From Methylophaga frappieri (GTDB taxonomy: Bacteria; Pseudomonadota; Gammaproteobacteria; Nitrosococcales; Methylophagaceae), in contig NC_017856.1 in assembly GCF_000260965.1 (NCBI RefSeq), positions 1,440,001-1,472,000 of the forward strand: a DNA stretch of 32,000 nt, given 5' to 3'. Under the pieces are notes generated by a model. It had not been told where the DNA came from and ran no database searches. It saw nothing but the letters and a program-made list of their open reading frames with translations. The position numbers were made by a program, and so were the translations under genes. The number at the start of each line of letters is the position of its first letter. Position 1 is the stretch's first letter. This document shows, in pieces, positions 6,198 to 13,593 of the stretch.

Positions 6198-6605
6198 ATG
6201 TTCCAACAATCAATCGCCACAATTAGAGCCCTCTTCGTCCTCTCAATCAGCATATTCTTGTTGTCCTGTGAGAAAGCACCAATTACAGAAACATGGATCG
6301 GAACATATTCCTTCCCCACCGATGAGTCACCGGATTTTCCACTGTATATGTCGCTAATAATCCAAGACGACGTCGTAACTGGACAAGCCATCGACGGAAA
6401 CATGGAAAAAGCACCTATCAGCGGAAACATTGAGGCTGGCTTCTATTCCCTGCTTTTACATCCTCTAAAGCACGGCTCCAAAACAAACCAAGATGTCACG
6501 TATCAAGGCCAACGGCTTGGCAACACCATAGAGGGAGAGCGGGTTCATGTAGTCGGGGCCAAAGGCCAATGGAAAGCCAACATCTTTTCTAAAGCATCAG
6601 ATTGA
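6198..6605 (+). CDS. Putative lipoprotein, function unknown
   Basis: The signal peptide has a lipobox: FVLSISIFLLSC. No attC follows. The 3' end overlaps the convergent ORF by 9 nt. Confidence 0.5.
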   Translation: MFQQSIATIRALFVLSISIFLLSCEKAPITETWIGTYSFPTDESPDFPLYMSLIIQDDVVTGQAIDGNMEKAPISGNIEAGFYSLLLHPLKHGSKTNQDVTYQGQRLGNTIEGERVHVVGAKGQWKANIFSKASD

Positions 6606-6866
6606 GTTTTTATTACGCTCAATTAGACGGTCAAATTGCTTATAGAATGAAGGTGCCTTATCAACCAATATTTTCTCTACGATAATTTTTCTTCTATCCG
6701 AGAAGCCAAGATCTTCATGGAAAATGATCTTCTGGCCATCAATCTTTTGAATTACCCCATTTTCCATGCAGAGTTTTAGACGATATTTTGCCAGCAGATA
6801 TCGCCTGTAAATGATAAATGTCAGTAATGCAGTTAATGTAATGATCAATATCCATTCAGTAAGCAT
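6597..6866 (-). CDS. Small single-pass membrane protein, last gene of the T4SS-fragment operon
   Basis: 89 aa with the N-terminal TM WILIITLTALLTFIIY. It starts 27 nt after the VirB6-like stop. Confidence 0.4.
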   Translation of the reverse strand: MLTEWILIITLTALLTFIIYRRYLLAKYRLKLCMENGVIQKIDGQKIIFHEDLGFSDRRKIIVEKILVDKAPSFYKQFDRLIERNKNSI

Positions 6867-6893
6867 TGCTCAATCCCTCGAAGGCTCATCATT

Positions 6894-7901
6894 TTACGAA
6901 CCAGTGATGGTATTACCTCTTCTCAATTTTGCTGTAATAGCTTTTGCCACGTTACGTGATGATTTTGCACCTTCCACAGTGCTTTTTCCGGCCTTGAAAG
7001 TAAAACGACCTACCCCTCTCACACTATCTACCATTGAGCCCGTGATACGACGACCTGAGAGCATTGAACTCAAAGAAATACCGTGAGCTAAGCTTGATGC
7101 AATGGAAGTCACTTGCAGCAGAACTAAAATCGCCATAACTGACAGAAATATTGCCGGTATGGCACCTTTAACCTCAACGTTTGATGGTGTTGCCACGGCC
7201 GTATAGGCGGACAAATAGTTACTCAACAAGGTGACGATTAATTTGAGGATGGCACCTACTAACATTGAAATAAAAATAAAATTTAAACACTGCATAATCC
7301 ATGACTCAAACAGCCTTTTCGTCGGTTCGAACATAATCAAAACAATAAAAATTGGTCCGACCGCTAATAAAGCAGATAGAGCTAGTTTTGATAACACCAA
7401 TAGAAACGCCCCCACAATTGTGAGAGCCAAACCTAACAGCCAAATCACGTATGCGGACAACAATAACGATAGATTAGGTATACCCCATTCAGCCTCTAGC
7501 TCAGCCTTGGTCTGAAATGTGGTACCCAAATCCCACATATCCATCAAAATGCTATCCAGAAACCCACCGATACCTGTCGCCCCACCTGTCGTAGATGCTA
7601 AGTTCGCTAAGCTACTTGGTAGGTTAAACAGAAAATCCACAACAAATGAATTGTAATAGCCAAGGTTTACAGCCAAAGAAACAATAAGGGTTAACTTCAC
7701 AACACGATTGAAGCCATCAGTCACCAGCTCAGTCGAGTTTCCAGTGATAACCTTCCATCCCCACAAAGTCACGTAAATCAGCAATAACGTCGTCACAACT
7801 GGCGTAATGGATGCAATGACTGATGTTGCAACGTCATTGATATATGTGGCTAATGTTGTATCAATCTCATCAAACGTTTTTTGTACTAATGTAGCTGCCA
7901 T
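6894..7901 (-). CDS. Type IV secretion system VirB6/TrbL-family polytopic inner-membrane protein
   Basis: 335 aa. The N-terminus TFDEIDTTLATYINDVATSVIASITPVVTTLLLIYVTLWGWKVITG and multiple TM segments are typical of TrbL/VirB6. The gene order J-lipoprotein-L matches IncP trbJ-trbK-trbL and pKM101 traC-eex-traD. Confidence 0.75.
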   Translation of the reverse strand: MAATLVQKTFDEIDTTLATYINDVATSVIASITPVVTTLLLIYVTLWGWKVITGNSTELVTDGFNRVVKLTLIVSLAVNLGYYNSFVVDFLFNLPSSLANLASTTGGATGIGGFLDSILMDMWDLGTTFQTKAELEAEWGIPNLSLLLSAYVIWLLGLALTIVGAFLLVLSKLALSALLAVGPIFIVLIMFEPTKRLFESWIMQCLNFIFISMLVGAILKLIVTLLSNYLSAYTAVATPSNVEVKGAIPAIFLSVMAILVLLQVTSIASSLAHGISLSSMLSGRRITGSMVDSVRGVGRFTFKAGKSTVEGAKSSRNVAKAITAKLRRGNTITGS

Positions 7902-7915
7902 GTCGTGTTAGTCCC

Positions 7916-8131
7916 TTACCAGTCAACAAAGTCCAGTCCTTTACCACCCGTACTCTCAATTCTTTTTTGCTTCATTTTCTCGTTGAATGTCATTTTGCAG
8001 AGGTCTCTATCATTGAGATTAGTGATAGCCAAACATTCCTCGATGACTTCAGGTTCAATCGCTACCTTTCCTTCCTCTTTGCATCCATTCAAAGTTGCCA
8101 ATGCAATAAGTATTAATGTCCAATTTTTCAT
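7916..8131 (-). CDS. Small lipoprotein in the TrbK/Eex (entry-exclusion) position
   Basis: I chose the internal ATG at 8131, preceded by GGAAGAG. It gives MKNWTLILIALATLNGC with a lipobox. The 95-aa version from TTG 8203 would overlap the upstream gene. 71 aa. Confidence 0.6.
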   Translation of the reverse strand: MKNWTLILIALATLNGCKEEGKVAIEPEVIEECLAITNLNDRDLCKMTFNEKMKQKRIESTGGKGLDFVDW

Positions 8132-8147
8132 TTCTCTTCCTTGATTA

Positions 8148-8867
8148 TTACCAGCTAACAAAATCAAAGCCTTTGCCGCCTGTGCTCTGAATACGTTTTT
8201 CAAGAGTCCGTTGAGACTGCCTTTCTCTATAAGCTGTTTGGCTTTGTTGCAGGGCAGTTAATTTATTAGCTTCATTCGTCAACATTAGTTGCTCGGCAGC
8301 AATGCGAGCATTTAGATCAGCTATTTCTTTTGGATCTTCAGCAACGTTAATTCGCTCAAGTAACACCTGAAGGTTTCGTGTGCGTTTATTAGCCTCGTTA
8401 TAGGCTTGCTCTGCGAGAGCACTATTTAGTGCAACTTGATTTTGATTAGCACTGAAATCAATCGAATGAGTTGACCCTTCGCCTAACCCAACCTCATCAA
8501 CATCTATGATTCGTGTAGCACTCATAATCTCTTGAATACGATCTTCCAATTCATCATAGTCACCACCACCCAAATCAGCTGTCAGCTTTAATATCTCTCC
8601 TAGCTCAGCTGGTATGTAATAACGACTAGAGGGATCGTTTACTAAATCAGCCAACCCTCTAGCACCAGTTAATGCCTCAAGTTGCTCTGCTGAAATTCCA
8701 GTTTGTTGCTGTAATTCATCAAACTGCTTCTCAAGCTGAACCAGTGTTTTTACCGCTTCAGCTATGGCAGTAACATCAATAACAGGAATTCCACCTGCAA
8801 AAATTGGATTGGATAGAAACAATGTGGATGTGAAAACGAGGGGCTGAACACACTTCGTTAACTTCAT
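8148..8867 (-). CDS. Type IV secretion system VirB5/TrbJ-family protein
   Basis: 239 aa. A signal peptide is followed by GGIPVIDVTAIAEAVKTLVQLEKQFDELQQQ and a helical body, which is the TrbJ/VirB5 pattern. Confidence 0.7.
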   Translation of the reverse strand: MKLTKCVQPLVFTSTLFLSNPIFAGGIPVIDVTAIAEAVKTLVQLEKQFDELQQQTGISAEQLEALTGARGLADLVNDPSSRYYIPAELGEILKLTADLGGGDYDELEDRIQEIMSATRIIDVDEVGLGEGSTHSIDFSANQNQVALNSALAEQAYNEANKRTRNLQVLLERINVAEDPKEIADLNARIAAEQLMLTNEANKLTALQQSQTAYRERQSQRTLEKRIQSTGGKGFDFVSW

Positions 8868-9027
8868 AAAGCTATTCCTTTTCTGATTATGAAATTTGCT
8901 GTTGAGCTTTAGAAGTTATAACCACCGCGGATCTCGACTTCAAGCAAATGAATTACAAAAGATTTTTCTAAGGCGAGAACTATTCATGAAATTTGAAGTA
9001 ATCACGAAGTGCGAGTTGAACAAAATC

Positions 9028-9065
9028 AAGTAACTTATAAGTAAAACATAAGTAACAATAAGTAA
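9028..9065. repeat. Four helically phased AAGTAA direct repeats
   Basis: AAGTAA starts at 9028, 9039, 9050 and 9060, with 11, 11 and 10 bp spacing. They sit in the AT-rich divergent intergenic region between the trbJ-like operon and the phd-like gene. Confidence 0.6.
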
Positions 9066-9378
9066 ATTATAAATAATCAGAATTTAAGCTTTAATTATCA
9101 AACAGTTAAACAACCAAAATAAATAACAAAAATAAAAGTAGAGATGGGAGGGCAGGATACGGATAAAAGTTCCGTTTTGTCCCAAAACCTCTACTTCACT
9201 TTAATCCCATCACCATCTCTACAATTGAACTAACTCTAAAACTCTGCATGGATGAAATGACTTATAGTGTCTTTGCATATTTGTTTACAGCTCCAGTGTT
9301 TCCAATCATTTTGCGCAAAAGTTCTGTATCGTGGAGTTATCAGATCATTAATTACTTACATGAAAATGGGAGTATTAC

Positions 9379-9630
9379 TTGAGTACACACCCAATCTTTG
9401 CTGACACAGCGGTTTCTATATCGGACCTGAAGAAAAACCCTATGGTCGTGATTGAACAGGGCAAAGGCTTTCCTGTCGCTGTACTGAAGAAAAATGTCCC
9501 TGTGTTCTACGCTGTACCAGCGGCAGCATATGAAGCGTTAATAGATAAGCTGGATGATATGGAACTAGCCCAAATTGTCCATGAGCGTGAAGGCCAACCG
9601 TCCAGAGTAATTACACTGGATGAGCTGTAA
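9379..9630 (+). CDS. Phd/YefM-family type II antitoxin (no cognate toxin ORF downstream)
   Basis: 83 aa. TTG start with GGGAG 7 nt upstream. SISDLKKNPMVVIEQGKGFPVAVLKKNVPVFYAVPAAAYEALIDKLDDMEL matches the Phd/YefM/StbD pattern. Confidence 0.7.
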   Translation: MSTHPIFADTAVSISDLKKNPMVVIEQGKGFPVAVLKKNVPVFYAVPAAAYEALIDKLDDMELAQIVHEREGQPSRVITLDEL

Positions 9631-9710
9631 CCAAGGCTTACTAGGCAGACATTACATGAAACCAAAATACCTCGTTGCGCAATACGCAACACGCTGATAA
9701 ACTACTAATC

Positions 9711-9989
9711 ATGATTAAGAGCTTCAAACATAAAGGACTTGAGAAGTTTTTCACGACTGGAAGCACAGCCGGTATTCAGGCGAAACACTCAGCAAAGGTT
9801 CGAGATCAACTTGCGTTCTTAGATTCTGCAACCTGTATCGAAGATATGGATTTACCCAGCTTTCGACTGCATGAATTAAAGGGCAAGCTTAAAGGAAAGT
9901 ATTCCATTACTGTTTCAGGGAATTGGCGAATTGTCTTTGAGTTTATAGATGGAGACGCTTACATCGTTAATTATGAGGATTATCACTAA
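9711..9989 (+). CDS. higB: HigB toxin (RelE/ParE superfamily, plasmid maintenance system killer)
   Basis: From ATG 9711: MIKSFKHKGLEKFFTTGSTAGIQAKHSAKVRDQL...GNWRIVFEFIDGDAYIVNYEDYH, the canonical HigB sequence pattern. It overlaps higA by TAATG. Confidence 0.9.
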   Translation: MIKSFKHKGLEKFFTTGSTAGIQAKHSAKVRDQLAFLDSATCIEDMDLPSFRLHELKGKLKGKYSITVSGNWRIVFEFIDGDAYIVNYEDYH

Positions 9990-10327
9990 TGACTTTTCAA
10001 CAACATAACCCGCCCCACGTTGGCGAATTAATTTATCGCACATACATTGAACCATTCGATGATGTATCAGCTAACAAAATTGCTGTTGCATTGGGTGTAT
10101 CGCCAAGCACATTTAACCGTTTATTAAACGGTAAATCTGATTTATCACCTGAAATGGCTGTACGTCTTTCTGCTGTTCTTGGACGTACCGCTGAAAGCTG
10201 GTTACGTCTTCAGGAAAGTTATGATCTATGGCAAGCAAAACAGAAAGTCGATACAAAAAGTCTACATAAAATAGACTTTGCTCAATTCGCTGAACAGGTG
10301 AGAGGAGAGCTACTCGAACCCTACTAA
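9989..10327 (+). CDS. higA: HigA antitoxin (XRE-type HTH)
   Basis: HPGELI-like N-terminus (PPHVGELIYRTYIEP) followed by the HTH ANKIAVALGVSPSTFNRLLNGKSDLSPEMAVRLSAVLG. Confidence 0.9.
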   Translation: MTFQQHNPPHVGELIYRTYIEPFDDVSANKIAVALGVSPSTFNRLLNGKSDLSPEMAVRLSAVLGRTAESWLRLQESYDLWQAKQKVDTKSLHKIDFAQFAEQVRGELLEPY

Positions 10328-10346
10328 GTAATGAAGGTGTATTGAA

Positions 10347-10673
10347 ATGAAATACAAAGGATATGAAGCTGTTATTAGATACAGTGATGAAGATGAAACC
10401 TTTATCGGTGAAGTGGTCAACACTCGCGATATTTTAGTATTTGACGGTAATGATATTGCCGAAATAACTGACTCATTCCACGCTGTTGTAGATGAGTATT
10501 TACAAGGTTGTGAGGATGAAGGAAAAGCACCTGAAAAGCCATTCTCAGGGCAGTTTGTTATGCGAGTTAAGCCAGAACTGCATAGAGAATTATTCATTAA
10601 AGCTAAAGAATCAGGCAAAAGCCTAAATGCTTTTGTTAGTGAGCAGTTAGACCGGATTGCTCATACATCATAA
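10347..10673 (+). CDS. HicB-family antitoxin-like protein with C-terminal RHH (no hicA nearby)
   Basis: MKYKGYEAVIRYSDEDETFIGEVVNTRDILVFDGNDIAE...FSGQFVMRVKPELHRELFIKAKESGKSLNAFVSEQL is the HicB_lk_antitox pattern. GAAGGTG lies upstream. Confidence 0.7.
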   Translation: MKYKGYEAVIRYSDEDETFIGEVVNTRDILVFDGNDIAEITDSFHAVVDEYLQGCEDEGKAPEKPFSGQFVMRVKPELHRELFIKAKESGKSLNAFVSEQLDRIAHTS

Positions 10674-10686
10674 GGTTTTAAACGTT

Positions 10687-11178
10687 ATGGAAAACGCCAT
10701 TACCAACACAACAAAACAGCATTACATCACGTCGATTGCTGCCCTTAATATCCCGTCACTGGATGGTACGGGAGACTGGCATTTTTCGGATTGTTTTATT
10801 CATCATGGGGACTTTTTACCCCAGCAACACTTAGCCGAAATCGACACAATATCGACCCGTCACCTACTCGGTGACTATGGCATTTTTGAATGCTCAGACA
10901 TTCTTAAAAAATATGGTGCTTCACCATTGCCAGACCAAGCCGAAATCTATGCAGCAAATCACTATCGCGCCGTTGTAGATATGATCTTTGATCTGGTCAA
11001 GAACGGCCAAAGCATCACGGACACGGTGATTTTAGATGACTGGTTCCCCGAAGACTCGGAAAAGCAGACCGTCTACCAGCTGCTAGATAAGCTCAAAGCG
11101 GATTTGACTGATCAACAATGGATGATGATTGACGAATGGAAGACATTATCTAGAGCAATTACTCATCTGAGTATCTGA
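10687..11178 (+). CDS. Hypothetical protein (163 aa)
   Basis: I prefer ATG 10687 over the overlapping TTG 10657. It starts 13 nt after the hicB-like stop. No recognisable motif. Confidence 0.45.
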   Translation: MENAITNTTKQHYITSIAALNIPSLDGTGDWHFSDCFIHHGDFLPQQHLAEIDTISTRHLLGDYGIFECSDILKKYGASPLPDQAEIYAANHYRAVVDMIFDLVKNGQSITDTVILDDWFPEDSEKQTVYQLLDKLKADLTDQQWMMIDEWKTLSRAITHLSI

Positions 11179-11222
11179 GTGCATACTCACGCAAATAATG
11201 ATCTTGAACAAACACTCAACTT

Positions 11223-11912
11223 TCATGAAAAAAAACTAACCAGTCTCTGCCATATAGTTTTCTTGCCTTGCCCGATTGGCTGCGTAGCTACAGACACTTT
11301 CCCGGTGAGGTGCTTAATTACCCTCTCTTCCATATCAGCTAATTCTCTGCTTGATTTATGTGAAAAGTAATTAGCTAACCCCACGAGAGATATGTATACA
11401 GTAGTGAACAATTGAAAAATTACTAACCATCTCCCCCATCCCTCGCCCACTCCAATGGAAGAATCACCTGATGTAGTCATAACAAGAACGCTCAAGTAAA
11501 TGGAATCCATAAATGCATCTACCAGACTCTGGGCTTGAACCAGACTATTTAGGTAACACTCTGATTGCATGCATACTTGTGATATCCCAAAGACAATAGA
11601 ATCACCAGAATCAATCACTGAAGTAAAAAAGTAAGCTGACGCAAACAGCATCACAGTATCAAGATACAACGAGATAATTCCATTGATAGAACTGGCTCTA
11701 TTGTTATAAGTATTAGCAATACTAAGAATCGATATAAAACAGCCTATAAAAAGAATCAATGCAGATAGAAGGATAATTAACTTTATCCAATCTGAGGCTA
11801 TCGGAGTCATTAGACCAATAGCAAATGTCCCAAGGACTAGAAATAGAGTCCACTTGGCTGGCGTGATATTTTTTTTATCCATACTTTCTCTATGTACCAT
11901 GTAACACACCAA
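11223..11912 (-). CDS. Multi-pass membrane protein with a K+-channel-like pore-loop segment (degenerate filter)
   Basis: There are four predicted TM helices. Then SIYLSVLVMTTSGDSSIGVGEGWGRWLVIFQLF aligns by eye with the Ion_trans_2 pore helix/filter (..YFSVVTLTTVGYGD..), but with TTSGDSS in place of TTVGYGD. The start is uncertain (11912 TTG, 11900 or 11882 ATG). Confidence 0.45.
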   Translation of the reverse strand: MVCYMVHRESMDKKNITPAKWTLFLVLGTFAIGLMTPIASDWIKLIILLSALILFIGCFISILSIANTYNNRASSINGIISLYLDTVMLFASAYFFTSVIDSGDSIVFGISQVCMQSECYLNSLVQAQSLVDAFMDSIYLSVLVMTTSGDSSIGVGEGWGRWLVIFQLFTTVYISLVGLANYFSHKSSRELADMEERVIKHLTGKVSVATQPIGQGKKTIWQRLVSFFS

Positions 11913-12218
11913 ATGTTACAAGATTTATAAAAGTCCATATCTAACAGAGATTATTCCAAGCCAAAAAGCCTCAAAATTGGTAATAGTGTTGCACTGTAGC
12001 TAAAATTTTTAGCATAAATGATTCTTTACCGACCAGAAATGGCCTTTTTCGATACCTTCATGCAACAGAATGTATGCATTTTGTTGCACAACATGAAATG
12101 AGATGATTTTTAAATAACATCGTTCTCTGTGAGTGACAAAGACGAGCTGTCGGCAGCAGCTACCTGTTACTCATAGCACACAAAAGGGTTCTACTTGTAA
12201 TCCCCCCTTATTCGGAAA

Positions 12219-12743
12219 ATGGAGTTTGTAAAATTGGAATGGTTAGAAAAATACGGTGATTTTGACTCACCTGATAAAAGGGAAGAATTTTTCAGGAGCC
12301 ATGTCATAGATATACATCAGGGTGATATGCTGTTTTCCGGCGGCCTAGATCCTTTTATTTTATATGAGATTGAAGATAGCTTTAAACGAGGTAATTTTAT
12401 TGCTTGTATCTTACTTTGCCAACTGGCTATAGAACACTGTTTGGCAAATGAATTCCTCCTAACCGAACATGAATCAATTTGTACAAGAGGATTCGCACAG
12501 CTTATTTCTAAAGCCCGTGAACTCGATATTATTGATAAAGCTATGGAGTCACAGTTAACAGAGTTGCGTCTAATGAGAAACCCTCATGTTCATCCTAGGT
12601 TTGGAGATGGTAAAGGCACTTACATTCGGAGAGTTATAGATAAAGGACTGAATTACAATGAATTACCTGTGGCAGATGGCATTGAAGCTATTAAAATTTT
12701 AGGTTGTTACTTAAACACACCGCGCCTTTATGAATGGCGTTAG
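12219..12743 (+). CDS. HEPN-domain protein (DUF4145-like)
   Basis: 174 aa. It has the paired-helix pattern FKRGNFIACILLCQLAIEHCL ... QLTELRLMRNPHVH with the R-N-x3-H motif. It ends at TAG 12741-12743, which is in frame with the next ORF. Confidence 0.6.
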   Translation: MEFVKLEWLEKYGDFDSPDKREEFFRSHVIDIHQGDMLFSGGLDPFILYEIEDSFKRGNFIACILLCQLAIEHCLANEFLLTEHESICTRGFAQLISKARELDIIDKAMESQLTELRLMRNPHVHPRFGDGKGTYIRRVIDKGLNYNELPVADGIEAIKILGCYLNTPRLYEWR

Positions 12744-13535
12744 TTGCACCATAATGACGAGGATCTTGAATTGTTAATTGATAAAAATTGGTGCCTTCAA
12801 AACGCTTTTGATGAAATCAATCAAGTTTATTATCCTGGGGGATTAACAACTGGCCCCCAACGAAACAGGCTAATTGAAGCTTGGGGTCAGTTAGTTGGGA
12901 AAACAAAAGCTTTGGCTGAACTAGATTTACTGGTTGTTGAATATGGCTCCATCAACAAAATGTCAAAATCTGTCCGAATGAGTCCCCAGTCAATTAAATA
13001 TCTCAGAAATTTTTTTGAATCGTTACCTGATGACTTTGAACAAATCATTCCTATGAAAAGTTATGAATTTATTGAAGGAAGAAAATGCTCACTGGAAGAA
13101 AATCTTTACCATGAATTTAAAGAAGTAAATGGTAACAACCCCACAAAATCTATTCAAAATCTTGTTGATGAATATATTTTGGCATTTTTAAATAGTTCTG
13201 GTGGTAGTATCTTCTGGGGTATTTGCGATGATGGAAAGGTAAAAAGCCTTGAGCTAAACTCTAGAGAAAAAGACGATATTAAAAAAGCTATCTATCAAAA
13301 GATAAATACAATTGAGCCATCGATAGACCCAACTAAAATTGGAATTCACTTCCACAAGGTTTTAGAGGCTACAAATGGTCATGTATTAGAAGTAAATGTG
13401 CCGAAATCAAACTCAACAGGCTTATACTTTAATTCGTCAGGCAACACTTGGGTTAAAGTTAATGGCTGTAAGCAAAAGCTTCAAGGCTTGGCACTACAAG
13501 ATTATATTATTCAACGTATTCAAGATTACGATTAA
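12744..13535 (+). CDS. Schlafen-like AlbA_2 domain protein (possibly the C-terminal part of an amber-interrupted HEPN fusion)
   Basis: The C-terminal half LVDEYILAFLNSSGGSIFWGICDDGKVKSLEL...GHVLEVNVPKS...WVKVNGCKQKL matches the AlbA_2 (Schlafen-group divergent AAA) pattern. The only start is a TTG directly after the upstream TAG. The first in-frame ATG is codon 73. Confidence 0.5.
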   Translation: MHHNDEDLELLIDKNWCLQNAFDEINQVYYPGGLTTGPQRNRLIEAWGQLVGKTKALAELDLLVVEYGSINKMSKSVRMSPQSIKYLRNFFESLPDDFEQIIPMKSYEFIEGRKCSLEENLYHEFKEVNGNNPTKSIQNLVDEYILAFLNSSGGSIFWGICDDGKVKSLELNSREKDDIKKAIYQKINTIEPSIDPTKIGIHFHKVLEATNGHVLEVNVPKSNSTGLYFNSSGNTWVKVNGCKQKLQGLALQDYIIQRIQDYD

Positions 13536-13593
13536 CAAGTGCCAAGCCAATACAATTGACATTATTAACCAACGAGAAAATACAACTAAAGAG

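Noticed and set aside
7916-8203. Full 95-aa version of the lipoprotein ORF starting at TTG 8203
   Set aside because: It would overlap the TrbJ-like gene by 56 nt and place 24 non-signal residues before the signal peptide. ATG 8131 has a GGAAGAG SD and yields a clean lipoprotein signal.
9656-9697. 13-codon ORF (MKPKYLVAQYATR) after the phd-like gene as a truncated RelE/ParE toxin remnant
   Set aside because: It is too short and has no resemblance I can defend. It is mentioned only as the absence of a toxin-sized ORF.
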